Shown piece after piece: positions 20,160-30,343 of a stretch of 41,263 nucleotides of DNA. Under the pieces are notes generated by a model, which was not told the DNA's origin, did no database searches, and saw only the letters and a list, made by a program, of their open reading frames with translations. The position numbers were made by a program, and so were the translations under genes. Within the stretch, counting starts at the first letter, position 1. Each line of letters opens with the position of its first letter. This stretch comes from Fidelibacterota bacterium (GTDB lineage: Bacteria; Fidelibacterota; Marinisomatia; Marinisomatales; UBA2128), in assembly GCA_046861645.1 (NCBI GenBank), contig JBHHUM010000014.1, positions 1 through 41,263 on the forward strand, in the 5' to 3' direction.

Positions 20160-20972
20160 TTATTCCTCGCTTAAACGCTCCCGTTGAGGAACAAAGGTCA
20201 TCAACTTCTCCCGCAGGATAATGGGATGATCCTTGGCATGGATACCAATAATGCCTTCCACCATGATGTCCTTCATCATTAATTCCTCTTCAGATTTGCG
20301 TTTAAGTTTACCAGCCATAGGCAGGAAAATCAGGTTTGAGAAAAGTACACCATAAAAGGTAGTTATAAGGGCCAGTCCCATTCCACCCAAGAGCTCACTG
20401 AACCGCTTAGCTACGTCGAACTCAATAGAGCCGATACCTGTATTACCAGAGCCTGCAAAATTGCTCATCATGATTATGAGTCCCAGAACGGTACCTAACA
20501 AACCAAAGGCTGGAGAATAAGCCCCCATATAAAGGAATATCTCTTGTCCCAAACTGTGCCGACGATTGATGTTTGACATTTCCAGTTCCAGGTAGTTACG
20601 GAGTCGTGATTGGTCACGTTCATTTATGGCCAGTTCAAGTCCGCTATGGAGGAACTTATCATCAATGTTGCTCAGGTCAGCTTCTAGAGACATGATGCCG
20701 GTTTTTCTGGCTTTTTCTGCTTTATCCACTAATTCATTGATGACCTGTTGGTAGCTAAGATCACTTTTTTGGAACACTTGGGCGAGGACTTTAAAGATGC
20801 TCATCACATTCTTAATAGGATAATTAACCAGGGTAGCCGCAAATGTACCTCCCAGTACAATCCCAATAGAACTAGGATCAAGAAACCAGGAAAGATCACC
20901 CTGCTTTCCAAGGATTGATAGGATGATTAAACCGAGACCGATGATAAGACCAAATGCAGTACTTAAATCCAT
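20160..20972 (-). CDS. motA: MotA/PomA-like stator subunit
   Basis: IVLGGT, ARKTGIMSLE, SPAFGLLGTVLGL, ALITTFYG, PMAGKL; adjacent to motB. Confidence 0.9.
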   Translation of the reverse strand: MDLSTAFGLIIGLGLIILSILGKQGDLSWFLDPSSIGIVLGGTFAATLVNYPIKNVMSIFKVLAQVFQKSDLSYQQVINELVDKAEKARKTGIMSLEADLSNIDDKFLHSGLELAINERDQSRLRNYLELEMSNINRRHSLGQEIFLYMGAYSPAFGLLGTVLGLIIMMSNFAGSGNTGIGSIEFDVAKRFSELLGGMGLALITTFYGVLFSNLIFLPMAGKLKRKSEEELMMKDIMVEGIIGIHAKDHPIILREKLMTFVPQRERLSEE

Positions 20973-21015
20973 TGTTTTCCTTGAATAGTGTTATACTCCT
21001 AGGAAGCAGTGGAAA

Positions 21016-21468
21016 TTAGTGAGTTTGATCCCTACTGTCCAACACGAAAGTGACAGGTCCATCATTGATAAGCTGGACGTTCATCATAGCGCCGAATTGG
21101 CCTGATTCCACGGGGATTCCTCTATTCTGAATTTGCTTCATAAAATAGTTATAGAGCTTTTCCCCTTTTTCAGGTGCCGCCGCATGTGTGAAACTCGGTC
21201 GCCGACCTTTACGGATATCTGCACATAGAGTAAACTGACTTACGACCAGAGCTGTCCCTCCGATGTCCTGAAGTGAGAGATTCATTTTGTTTTCGTCATC
21301 ACTAAAGATGCGGAGCTCAACTGACTTACGAGCCAAATAGTCTGCATCTGATGTATCATCATTTTGAAAGACTCCTAACAGAATCAGGAGTCCATTCTTT
21401 ATGGAGCCAACCGTGACTCCCTCAATGGTCACAGAAGCTTCTGATACACGTTGCAAGAGAGCAATCAT
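21016..21468 (-). CDS. dtd: D-aminoacyl-tRNA deacylase
   Basis: [30 protein letters not shown]. Confidence 0.97.
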   Translation of the reverse strand: MIALLQRVSEASVTIEGVTVGSIKNGLLILLGVFQNDDTSDADYLARKSVELRIFSDDENKMNLSLQDIGGTALVVSQFTLCADIRKGRRPSFTHAAAPEKGEKLYNYFMKQIQNRGIPVESGQFGAMMNVQLINDGPVTFVLDSRDQTH

Positions 21469-24400
21469 CAGTTGATCCAGACATTTTCATTACCATAGAT
21501 GTCCTTCAGTTTGGCCAGGAAGTTGTTATCAGGAGCGACTTTGACCCGTTTTGCAAGCATGCGGTGGTTATGACCTGCTTCATCGTGAATATGAAAAAAT
21601 AGAGGTGAATTACCGGAGTGTTGCTTGGCCAGGGCATAAAGAGCATCCACATCGTCCACCTTCATTTTCTCTACCTCTATCAAAATATTGACAGAATCCG
21701 TAATATGTTGCCGAAGTTCATCAAAGGAAAAGATCTCTTCAGCGATGATCTTAGGGGTGTTATTGTCCATGCGCGTCGTGGGGCGTCCTTTAACAAAAAT
21801 CAGCTTTTCCTCTTCGATCAAATCACGATGTTTTTTAAAAGTGTCATGAAATACAAGTATATCAGCTTTACCTCCCAAACAATCAAGGCTGAAAAAAACC
21901 ATTTGCTGATTCTTCTTGTCGAAATGATGTTTAATTTCTTGCACGATTCCCCCGATTTTCAAGATTTGATCATGATTAAAGTCGCTCTGTACGGTAAAAT
22001 CGATGTTAGTAAAGTGTTCTAATTCATCAGCATATTTGAGCAGGGGATGTCCGGAGAGATAAAAGCCCATTAGCTCTTTCTCGCGTCTAAGTTTCTCTGT
22101 TTCGTTCCAGTCGGGGACATCCGGAAGGGGAGGGGTTTTCTGCAGTGAGGACATACCTGAAACTCCAGACTCGAAGAGAGAGACTTGATTGTCAGCTATT
22201 TGAGACTGGACCTGTTGAGCATATTTGTGGGCTACTTCTACGGCTCTAAACTTCTGGCTCCTGGTTCCCTCCAGGGAATCCATTGCTCCAGCAGCCACGA
22301 GGCTTTCCAGTACTTTTCGGTTGACCAGCCGGAGATTGAGAGGTACACAGAAATCGAAAAGAGATTTGAATGGACCATACTTGTTACGTGCAGCCAATAT
22401 ATTCTCTAACGCTTTGGTACCGACATTTTTAATAGCATTTAAACCAAAGGAGATAGTTTTGCTGTCTAGCGGTTTAAAAATAATATGTGATTCATTAACG
22501 TCTGGGGGGTGGACGGTTAATTTAAGTTTTCTACATTCGTTAATTAGTGTAACGATTCGGGAGGTACTATTCATCTCGCTGGTCAAGTTGGCGGCCATGA
22601 ATTCCGCAGGATAGTGGGTTTTGAGATAGGCAGTTTGATAAGCTACATAGGCATAGGCAGTACTGTGGCTTTTATTGAATCCATATTGAGCAAATTTCTC
22701 TATCAAATCATAGATGGATTCTGCAGTTCTCTTTTTGATGTTGTTCTTGATAGCACCTTGGATGAATTCCTTCTTCTGTCCTTTCATAAGAGCTTTCTGT
22801 TTCTTACCCATCGCTCGTCTCATAATATCCGCCTGGGCAAGGGTGAAACCAGCAATTTTATTGGCAATCTGCATAACCTGCTCTTGATAGACAATGATTC
22901 CATAGGTCTCATTTAATATGGGTTCCAACTCGGGATGGACATAGCTGATTTTCTTGCGACCGTGTTTTCTCTTGATGAATTCATCGATGTTTTCCATGGG
23001 CCCTGGTCTGTAAAGAGCATTCATGGCGATAAGGTCCTCAATACAGGTCGGTTTCAACTTTTTCAGATATTCCCTCATGCCAGCTGATTCAAACTGAAAA
23101 ATACCTACTGTGTTTCCCTTGGTGAATGTTTTGAAGGTTAATGGGTCATCCAGAGGGATTTTCTGCAGAGTTTGATTAACGCCCTTTTCCTTCAGAAGAG
23201 CCAACGTCTGATCAATGACCGTCAGATTGCGCAATCCCAGGAAGTCCATTTTCAGAAGACCCAGAGATTCCAGGGATTTCATGTCATATTGGGACATGAT
23301 ATCGCCTTGTGTAGATTTGTAGAGAGGGATATAATTGGTCAGTTCACCAGGAGCGATTACGACTCCAGCGGCGTGTGTAGAAGCATGGCGGTTCATCCCC
23401 TCCAAAACTTTTGAGAATTCTATCAAATCTTTATGAACACGGTCTCGATTAGCTATCTGTTGCAAATCCAGGTTAATTTTCAGAGAGTGATCTAAAGTTA
23501 CGCCAGGACCCCCGGGGATCATTTTTGCTATACGATCCATTTCATTGTAGTTCATACCCAGTACACGACCCACATCACGTACTACCTGTCTGGCTTTCAG
23601 TTTGCCGAAAGTAATAATCTGAGTCACGGAATTTTCTCCATAACGTTGACGTATATACTCAATCATTTCGGGTCTTCTTTCATAGCAAAAATCGATGTCG
23701 ATATCGGGCATCGAAATTCGCTCGGGATTAAGGAACCGCTCGAAAAGAAGGTTATGCTTAATGGGGTCTATAGTAGTGATACCAAGACAGTAAGCTGCCA
23801 GACTTCCGGCCACAGAACCCCGACCCGGTCCAACGGGGATACCCTGTTTTTTTGCGTATTGAACAAAATCAGTTACAATGAGAAAATACCCTTCAAAACC
23901 CATCTTTTTGATGACATCCAACTCATATTGTAATCGCTGTTCCAATTCAGGTGTGATGGGACGATACCGCTTCTTTAAACCTGCGCGGCAAAGGTTTATT
24001 AAATAGTCAGTGGGATTATCAGTTTTTTCTCCCTGGGGGAGCGGGAAGTTTGGTAGCAATGTTTTATCTAAGGGGATTTCTAAATCACAGGAGTCAGCAA
24101 TGGCTCGAGTATTCTCCATAGCTCGGGGATAATCCTTGAATAGCTTCCACATTTCATCCTGACTTTTGAAGTAAAACTCGGGGGTGGCATACCGTTGCCG
24201 TTTAGGATCATCACGGTCTTTTCCAGTACCCAGACAGAAAAGGATATCGTGCGCTTCCCAATGTTCCTTACGGGCGTAGTGGCAGTCATTGGTGGCCACA
24301 AGGGGAAGATCCAATTCTTGTGATAGCTTAGTGACAACCTGCCGGGAAAGATCTTCTTCATCTAAACCGTGACTTTGTAACTCCAGATAGAACCTCCCCG

Positions 24401-24908
24401 GGAATATTTCAGCAAATTGGAGAGCAGCCTTTCTGGCGGCTTTATAATTTCCCCTAACGGCGTTTTCCTGTATCTCACCTTTCAGGCAACCGGATAGGCA
24501 GACAAGTCCCTCACTATAGGTTTCCAGCAGCTCTTTGTCCATACGGGGACGGTAGTAAAATCCTTCAAGATAACCTGTAGTGACCAGTTTGATGAGATTG
24601 AGATAACCGGTATAGTTCTGTGCCAAGAGGACGAGATGGTTATTGCCCCAGCCACCATCCCGTTTGGGTGTCTTGTCTTGACGATTTCCCTGGGCGATGT
24701 AAGCTTCACAGCCAATAATGGGTTTAATCCCGACATTTCTGGCAGATTTGTAGAATTCTATAGCTGAGAAAAGATTACCATGTTCTGTTAGCGCTACGGT
24801 GTCCATCTGGAGATCAGTCATAGTATCCACCAGTGTTGGTACCGTTTGGGCACCATCGAGGAGACTGTAGTCTGAGTGATTGTGCAGATGGACGAATTCT
24901 GATTGCAT
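21468..24908 (-). CDS. dnaE: DNA polymerase III subunit alpha
   Basis: PHP domain [40 protein letters not shown], clamp motif QVSLF; no intein. Confidence 0.98.
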   Translation of the reverse strand: MQSEFVHLHNHSDYSLLDGAQTVPTLVDTMTDLQMDTVALTEHGNLFSAIEFYKSARNVGIKPIIGCEAYIAQGNRQDKTPKRDGGWGNNHLVLLAQNYTGYLNLIKLVTTGYLEGFYYRPRMDKELLETYSEGLVCLSGCLKGEIQENAVRGNYKAARKAALQFAEIFPGRFYLELQSHGLDEEDLSRQVVTKLSQELDLPLVATNDCHYARKEHWEAHDILFCLGTGKDRDDPKRQRYATPEFYFKSQDEMWKLFKDYPRAMENTRAIADSCDLEIPLDKTLLPNFPLPQGEKTDNPTDYLINLCRAGLKKRYRPITPELEQRLQYELDVIKKMGFEGYFLIVTDFVQYAKKQGIPVGPGRGSVAGSLAAYCLGITTIDPIKHNLLFERFLNPERISMPDIDIDFCYERRPEMIEYIRQRYGENSVTQIITFGKLKARQVVRDVGRVLGMNYNEMDRIAKMIPGGPGVTLDHSLKINLDLQQIANRDRVHKDLIEFSKVLEGMNRHASTHAAGVVIAPGELTNYIPLYKSTQGDIMSQYDMKSLESLGLLKMDFLGLRNLTVIDQTLALLKEKGVNQTLQKIPLDDPLTFKTFTKGNTVGIFQFESAGMREYLKKLKPTCIEDLIAMNALYRPGPMENIDEFIKRKHGRKKISYVHPELEPILNETYGIIVYQEQVMQIANKIAGFTLAQADIMRRAMGKKQKALMKGQKKEFIQGAIKNNIKKRTAESIYDLIEKFAQYGFNKSHSTAYAYVAYQTAYLKTHYPAEFMAANLTSEMNSTSRIVTLINECRKLKLTVHPPDVNESHIIFKPLDSKTISFGLNAIKNVGTKALENILAARNKYGPFKSLFDFCVPLNLRLVNRKVLESLVAAGAMDSLEGTRSQKFRAVEVAHKYAQQVQSQIADNQVSLFESGVSGMSSLQKTPPLPDVPDWNETEKLRREKELMGFYLSGHPLLKYADELEHFTNIDFTVQSDFNHDQILKIGGIVQEIKHHFDKKNQQMVFFSLDCLGGKADILVFHDTFKKHRDLIEEEKLIFVKGRPTTRMDNNTPKIIAEEIFSFDELRQHITDSVNILIEVEKMKVDDVDALYALAKQHSGNSPLFFHIHDEAGHNHRMLAKRVKVAPDNNFLAKLKDIYGNENVWIN

Positions 24909-25065
24909 GATTTTCGTTATTTGGTCAAGGTCACAACACCTGTTTCAGTAGACGTACGACGGATACGGTGTAATATTTTGATAGGCAGGAGTTCATTGTT
25001 ACAGTTTAGCATTGCCGATAAACGATATGGGCTTCGAGACCGAGTTGCGATCAATGCTGCTGTCA

Positions 25066-25890
25066 TCAACCAAGGTAAACGGCTAAAAGCCCCGCGAAGA
25101 TACACGCTTTCAAAACCTGAGAGATTCGTTTACAGTTCGTAATTGTAGGTGATTTCACGAGTGTAAGTAACACATAAACGAGAGGAAATTCAATTCCGAA
25201 AATTAGAATTATGAGATATTTTATACCGTATAGACCAACCCAGTAAGGAACGAGTACTCCCCCACCAATAATAATCGTTAGAATCATCACCAATGTGACT
25301 GCATTCTTCATCCCTGCCACCACTGGGAATGTGTGCATTCCTGCAGAGAGATCTCCTTCCAGATCGGCAATGTCTTTCACCAGTTCCCGCAGGAAAGTGA
25401 AACCGAAAGCTAACAGGGCCGGCACCAGCAATCCCCAGAAGTTGCCGAAAGCAGCCCCGGCAAAAATGAATGTCAACCCGAGGATAAGAGAGATAACAAC
25501 ATTACCAACCAATGGCCACCCCTTGAGCCACAGACTGTAGGCAATCATGAGGGGGACTGCAATCAGAGTGGCAATGATGAAAGCCTCACGGTTGAGGAAA
25601 GCCGAAACCATTGTCCCGGCAATGAACAAGAGAATTGCCGCTGATAAAGCAGTTGTCTTTGATATTGTGCCTTTGGGCAGAGGCCGGTTGGGGCGGTTGA
25701 TCCTGTCCGTTTCGAAGTCCATATAGTCGTTGAAGGCGTTGGCAGCGGCGTTGAGAAATACTACCACAAGAATCACTTGGCTGATGAGCAATGGCTCACT
25801 TATATCGAGAATAGAAGCGGAAATGATAATGCTAATGGCACCGAGCAGCAAATTCAAAGGTCGTGTGAGACTGAGTATTTCCAATATCAT
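25066..25890 (-). CDS. UbiA-family prenyltransferase, DGGGP synthase-like
   Basis: LTRPLN, NDYMDFETDRINRPNRPLPKG, YSLWLK...GN, RELVKDIADLEGD. Confidence 0.85.
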   Translation of the reverse strand: MILEILSLTRPLNLLLGAISIIISASILDISEPLLISQVILVVVFLNAAANAFNDYMDFETDRINRPNRPLPKGTISKTTALSAAILLFIAGTMVSAFLNREAFIIATLIAVPLMIAYSLWLKGWPLVGNVVISLILGLTFIFAGAAFGNFWGLLVPALLAFGFTFLRELVKDIADLEGDLSAGMHTFPVVAGMKNAVTLVMILTIIIGGGVLVPYWVGLYGIKYLIILIFGIEFPLVYVLLTLVKSPTITNCKRISQVLKACIFAGLLAVYLG

Positions 25891-25895
25891 CTTTA

Positions 25896-26774
25896 CTAAA
25901 CTTCTATAGTGATCACCCGGTCGTCCCCATTATAATCTTTGTACATCTTGCGATTTGTATATCTGGCACCCGTGAAGATTTGTTCCACCTGTTGGGGATG
26001 TTTGCCTCTACCTACTTCCATAACCATGTGACCACCTTCCTTTACCCAATCCCGCCCTTTAGAGGCAAAGCGGTGATAGAATGTAAGGCCATCATTACCA
26101 TCAGTAAGAGCAATGCGTGGTTCGTGATCGCGGATTTCTTCCGGCAAGTCTGCTATTTCATTCTGTGGAATGTACGGCGGATTGCTGAGCAGTAAATCGA
26201 ACTTTCCGTCTATTTCTTCGCTCAGGATGTCCAGTTGTCGGAACTCAATTTGCTCCGCTAGGCTGTTCAAAGCTGCGTTTTCCCGGGCCAGCTCCAGGGC
26301 CGGTTTATCCATATCGACAGCCACAATTTTAGCTGAGGAGAGTTTTGACGCCAGACTTACTGCTATGCAGCCGCTGCCGGTGCCCACATCAACAATATTT
26401 TCTACATTGCTACTTTGTGCTATATTTAGAGCAACCTCAACAAGACGCTCTGTCTCAGGCCGGGGGATGAGGACGTTATGATTCAGGTGAAAGGGGAGGC
26501 CGAAAAACTCACTTCTGCCCGTAATATACTGGAGCGGCTCACCGGCAAGCCTGCGCTGCATCCAGTTGTCGAGTGTTATTAGCCGTTCAGACGAGATTTC
26601 ACTTTCGGTGTTGACGTACAGCTCCATCCGGGAGCATGACAGGAGGTCGCAGAGCAGCCACTCCAATTCCCACTGGGGATTCTCGATACCTTGTTGTTGA
26701 AGATAGTCGCTCCCGCACTTGATCAAGTCCACGATCCGCAGGTTAGCGGTTATACTGGGTGAGGAGGTAGTCAC
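25896..26774 (-). CDS. prmC: Release factor glutamine methyltransferase
   Basis: [30 protein letters not shown]; directly after prfA. Confidence 0.96.
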   Translation of the reverse strand: MTTSSPSITANLRIVDLIKCGSDYLQQQGIENPQWELEWLLCDLLSCSRMELYVNTESEISSERLITLDNWMQRRLAGEPLQYITGRSEFFGLPFHLNHNVLIPRPETERLVEVALNIAQSSNVENIVDVGTGSGCIAVSLASKLSSAKIVAVDMDKPALELARENAALNSLAEQIEFRQLDILSEEIDGKFDLLLSNPPYIPQNEIADLPEEIRDHEPRIALTDGNDGLTFYHRFASKGRDWVKEGGHMVMEVGRGKHPQQVEQIFTGARYTNRKMYKDYNGDDRVITIEV

Positions 26775-27835
26775 AATTCTTGCTGAAGTTGTTCCATCTG
26801 ATCGGCGATACGAAGTTGCTCAATCAGCTCAGCGATGTCGCCATCCATGATGCTGTCTAATTTGTAGAGGGTTAGCTCGATTCTATGGTCCGTGATACGT
26901 CCCTGAGGGAAATTATAGGTACGGATTTTAGCGCTTCTGTCACCAGTGGAAACCATACTTTTACGTACTTCCGCTCTCTCACTCCGCTGTTTCTCTTCTT
27001 CTAAAGCCAGAAGTCTTGAGCGCAATACCTTCATGGCGGCGGTTCTGTTTTTGTGTTGAGATTTCTCATCTTGGCAGGAGACCACGAGACCGGTTGGAAT
27101 ATGAGTAATACGTACAGCTGATTCGGTTTTATTGACATGTTGTCCACCGGCGCCACTGGCGCGAAAGGTATCGATGCGTAGATCATCAGGATTGATTTCT
27201 AGATCTATTTCTTCAGCTTCGGGAAGAATAGCCACTGTGGCAGCTGAGGTGTGGATCCTGCCGCTGGATTCAGTTTCAGGGACACGTTGCACACGATGCA
27301 CACCACCTTCAAATTTTAATTCACCAAAGGCGCCATTACCTTTTACGCTGAAAATAATTTCTTTTAGTCCGCCAGAACCTGATGGGCTACTGCTGAGCAC
27401 ATCTGTTGTCCACCCTTTTCTCTCGGCGTAGCGTGAATACATGCGAAAAAGATCTGCAGAGAAGAGAGCTGCTTCTTCTCCACCTGTACCAGCACGTATT
27501 TCCACGATAGTATTCTTGCTGTCGCGTCTATCTTTAGGTAAAAGAAGGTATTTTAACTCGTTCTCCAGTTCCTCTTTTCCAGAAAGGAGAGTGTCCAATT
27601 CTTCTCTGACAATTGTTTTGAGATCAGGATCATCACCATCTAGAATGGAGTAATCTTCATCAATCTGTTCCATTAATTTGATGTATTGTCGTCCCTTTGT
27701 CACGACCGGTTCCATATCGTGATGTTGCTTGGCGAGTTCCCGGTAATGCGTAGGGTTGGCAATAATTGCAGGATCGGAAAGCTGATTAGTCAGCTTATCA
27801 TATTTCCGGATAATCTCTTTGATTTTTTTCTGCAT
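26771..27835 (-). CDS. prfA: Peptide chain release factor 1
   Basis: [22 protein letters not shown] (PxT), [18 protein letters not shown]; true start is ATG 27835 (MQKKIKE), not the ORF-track start at 28021. Confidence 0.96.
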   Translation of the reverse strand: MQKKIKEIIRKYDKLTNQLSDPAIIANPTHYRELAKQHHDMEPVVTKGRQYIKLMEQIDEDYSILDGDDPDLKTIVREELDTLLSGKEELENELKYLLLPKDRRDSKNTIVEIRAGTGGEEAALFSADLFRMYSRYAERKGWTTDVLSSSPSGSGGLKEIIFSVKGNGAFGELKFEGGVHRVQRVPETESSGRIHTSAATVAILPEAEEIDLEINPDDLRIDTFRASGAGGQHVNKTESAVRITHIPTGLVVSCQDEKSQHKNRTAAMKVLRSRLLALEEEKQRSERAEVRKSMVSTGDRSAKIRTYNFPQGRITDHRIELTLYKLDSIMDGDIAELIEQLRIADQMEQLQQEL

Positions 27836-27850
27836 AATCTTATCGTATAG

Positions 27851-27890
27851 AAAAGCGGCTCCGCCTACTATACAGCGTAGGAGAAGCCGC
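27851..27890 (-). terminator. Intrinsic terminator-like hairpin after rpmE
   Basis: Minus strand GCGGCTTC-T-CCTAC-GCTGTATA-GTAGG-C-GGAGCCGC followed by TTTT: 13-bp stem with one mismatch and a short U tract. Confidence 0.65.
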
Positions 27891-27909
27891 CTAAACGATG
27901 TTTTTAGTG

Positions 27910-28125
27910 TTACTGGTCTTCGGTTGCTTCCAGTTTGTACTTTTTCCGGAATTTTTCTATTCGTCCGGCAGTATCGACTAATTTCTGCTTTCCTGTGAAA
28001 AACGGATGGCATGCCGAGCATATTTCTACCCGAAGGTCGCCTACGGTGTTTCTTACTTGGAAGCTGTTTCCGCAGGCACAGGTTACGGTACCCAGTTTGT
28101 ATTCTGGATGGATGTCTTTCTTCAT
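27910..28125 (-). CDS. rpmE: 50S ribosomal protein L31, zinc-binding type
   Basis: [37 protein letters not shown]. Confidence 0.98.
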   Translation of the reverse strand: MKKDIHPEYKLGTVTCACGNSFQVRNTVGDLRVEICSACHPFFTGKQKLVDTAGRIEKFRKKYKLEATEDQ

Positions 28126-29315
28126 TATGATTCCTCTAGTTTTACTAAACTTTCCTCTATTTTATCGAGTCCTGTTAAAAATGTTTCCTCATCGGTAGCA
28201 TATGAAAGTCTAATGTGACCTTCTACTCCGAACCCGGCACCGGCAATGGTTGTAGTATTAGCCGAGTCCAAAATATAATCACTTAGATCAAAAGACGTGT
28301 CGATTTTCTTATCTTTAGTTTTCTTCCCGAGATAATGGCTGATATCGGGGAAAGTGTAAAATGCACCGCCAGGAGTTTGGCATTTTATTCCTGGAATTTG
28401 TTGGATACGGTCAAGCATCAAATTCCTGCGTTTCAGAAAAATTTCCTTCATATTTTGAACTGCTGTCTGATCACCACTCAAAGCCTCAATCGCTGCCCTC
28501 TGCCCAATCGAGTTGGCACAGGATGTTGCCTGTCCCTGGATTTTACCCATAGCTTTAATTATGACCTGGTCTCCCGCGGTATAACCAATCCGCCAGCCGG
28601 TCATGGCATAAGTCTTAGAAAGGCTCTGCACCGTGATCACTGTGGTATCAGTGTCGTTGAGGGCTTCAGTACTCTGAAAATTACCATCGTAAACTAACTG
28701 CTCATAACATTCATCAGAGATAACAATCCAATTATTCTCAGCGGAATAATGGAGAAGCCGTGATATAGTTTGCTTGTCCCATACGGCACCGGTTGGATTA
28801 GATGGAATATTTATGATCATTAACCTGATACGGGGGTTAATCATTTTCTCCAGTTGCTCAAAATCTGGGGTAAAATTATGGTCAGCGAGTGTAGGGACGA
28901 TAACAGGCTCTCCATCAGCCAGGCGAATAAACTCCGGGAAGGAGACCCAATAAGGGGCGAAGATGATAGCCTGATCACCGGGATTCAAAATAGCCTGGCA
29001 GCAGGTACTCAGTGAGTGTTTAGCACCATTAGAAACAATGATTTGGTCGGGAGTGAAGGAAAGGTCGTTATCTCGGTAAAGCTTTTGGCAGACAGCTTCT
29101 CTCAGGGCAAGCAATCCAGAGCCAGGTGTGTATTTCGTCCATCCCTCATCCATGGCGCGTTTTGCAGCCGCTATGATGTGAGGGGGAGTATTAAAATCAG
29201 GTTCTCCTACTCCGAGGTCAATGACGTCTATTCCTTTCGCTCTTAAATCAGCCGCACGTGCAGTCATTTGGAGCGTAAAGGAGGGTTGAATCCTATCTAC
29301 TCGACGGGATAACAT
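28125..29315 (-). CDS. aspC: PLP-dependent aminotransferase class I/II, aspartate aminotransferase-like
   Basis: [44 protein letters not shown]. Confidence 0.88.
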   Translation of the reverse strand: MLSRRVDRIQPSFTLQMTARAADLRAKGIDVIDLGVGEPDFNTPPHIIAAAKRAMDEGWTKYTPGSGLLALREAVCQKLYRDNDLSFTPDQIIVSNGAKHSLSTCCQAILNPGDQAIIFAPYWVSFPEFIRLADGEPVIVPTLADHNFTPDFEQLEKMINPRIRLMIINIPSNPTGAVWDKQTISRLLHYSAENNWIVISDECYEQLVYDGNFQSTEALNDTDTTVITVQSLSKTYAMTGWRIGYTAGDQVIIKAMGKIQGQATSCANSIGQRAAIEALSGDQTAVQNMKEIFLKRRNLMLDRIQQIPGIKCQTPGGAFYTFPDISHYLGKKTKDKKIDTSFDLSDYILDSANTTTIAGAGFGVEGHIRLSYATDEETFLTGLDKIEESLVKLEES

Positions 29316-29339
29316 TAAAACAAATTAGAAGTTTTACAG

Positions 29340-30314
29340 TTAGCGTTTCCGGCTGTGGTATTTAAGTTTATTATAATTAGGCTCTTCTTCTACTCGGGGA
29401 GAGGATAAAGAATCGGTTTTCTTTTTCATTTTTTTATTAAAATTAGGTTCCTCTGGAGTTTTAGGTGAAGAGTTCTTTTTTGTTTGACGTTTCCGGCGGT
29501 GACTATTGGGGACGTCTTTGGGTTCCACTCCTTCCAGCTCCCAGTTTTCCGGGAGTTTTTCGGCTATTGCCGATCTGCTATCGCGTTGCAATTCAGCAAG
29601 ATCAAAGGAGAAGTCAGATGGATTAAAATGACTGAAGAATACGCCGTAACCCTTAGTAATACTATTACCTACACCAAGGAAGTTGGGGAGCATGAAGTTA
29701 GTTTGAAAATCACCTTCAAAGGCTCCCATCTGGCCATCATCTACGATCTTGGGATAAAGGGAATCCAAATTCAGTTGAGTGTAAATTTTAGTTTCTAATT
29801 CCAGACCCATCTCTCTGGCAAGGAACACGATGTTGTGACTTAAGAGTCGAGTGAGGAATTTGAGGCGATCATCGCCAAAAAGTTGTTTATATTTCATAAG
29901 ATTGGCTTCGTTCAGGGCAATCCATGGTGTCAGAAATTTGTATCGTAACATGCGATTGGAAGGCATGAACCGGTCGCTTTCCACTTCCACGTCTGCACCT
30001 AATACATCGAAAGTAATATTACCAAAGTCCATCGTACCCAGTTTATCCACAACGGATAAAATTGGATCTACCCCCTCGGCTATTCCTACCATGTATATCT
30101 GTTCGTTAAGAATTTTTACCTGTACTCGGGGATAGAGAAATTGGTCCCGGTAACTGCCATCTATTAATGGAACGATAGGTTCCTCAGGAAAATCCTTAAT
30201 AATGACTCCCTTAACCTGGTAGGGAGTTTTTCTAACAGGCTTATCGGTAACGAGCCTTGCTACCACTGATTTTATTTTGTATTTATTATCTGACACGTAG
30301 AACAGTACCCCCAT
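29340..30314 (-). CDS. cas6: Stand-alone Cas6b-like (RAMP fold) protein with a basic C-terminal extension
   Basis: Cas6b-type segments YPRVQVK...MVGIAEG, YKFLTPWIALNEANLMKY, NIVFLAREMG, FEGDFQTNFMLPNFLGVGNSITKGYG (GhGxxxxxGhG loop). Confidence 0.82.
   Translation of the reverse strand: MGVLFYVSDNKYKIKSVVARLVTDKPVRKTPYQVKGVIIKDFPEEPIVPLIDGSYRDQFLYPRVQVKILNEQIYMVGIAEGVDPILSVVDKLGTMDFGNITFDVLGADVEVESDRFMPSNRMLRYKFLTPWIALNEANLMKYKQLFGDDRLKFLTRLLSHNIVFLAREMGLELETKIYTQLNLDSLYPKIVDDGQMGAFEGDFQTNFMLPNFLGVGNSITKGYGVFFSHFNPSDFSFDLAELQRDSRSAIAEKLPENWELEGVEPKDVPNSHRRKRQTKKNSSPKTPEEPNFNKKMKKKTDSLSSPRVEEEPNYNKLKYHSRKR
29367..29453 (-). repeat. Two 21-nt direct repeats (29367-29387 and 29433-29453) encoding EEPN(F/Y)NK in the Cas6-like tail
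   Basis: 18/21 identity, 66-nt period; two differences are synonymous and one is F/Y. Confidence 0.7.
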
Positions 30315-30343
30315 TTTTTTCTACAATCAAGCAAAAACAAAAA

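Noticed and set aside
19434..20972. Zorya (ZorAB) anti-phage system
   Set aside because: MotA lacks the long cytoplasmic ZorA tail, the motifs are flagellar-stator-like, and there is no zorC, zorD or zorE
21468..24908. Intein or inactivated PHP domain in DnaE
   Set aside because: Length is normal (1146 aa), motifs are contiguous and the PHP metal ligands appear largely retained
27836..28021. ORF-track N-terminal extension of prfA
   Set aside because: It overlaps rpmE and the terminator hairpin; RF1 homology begins at MQKKIKE (27835)
29367..29453. Two 21-nt repeats with a 66-nt period next to a Cas6 domain, read as a mini CRISPR array
   Set aside because: They lie inside the coding frame, there are only two copies, and the differences are synonymous or conservative, which fits a protein-level repeat
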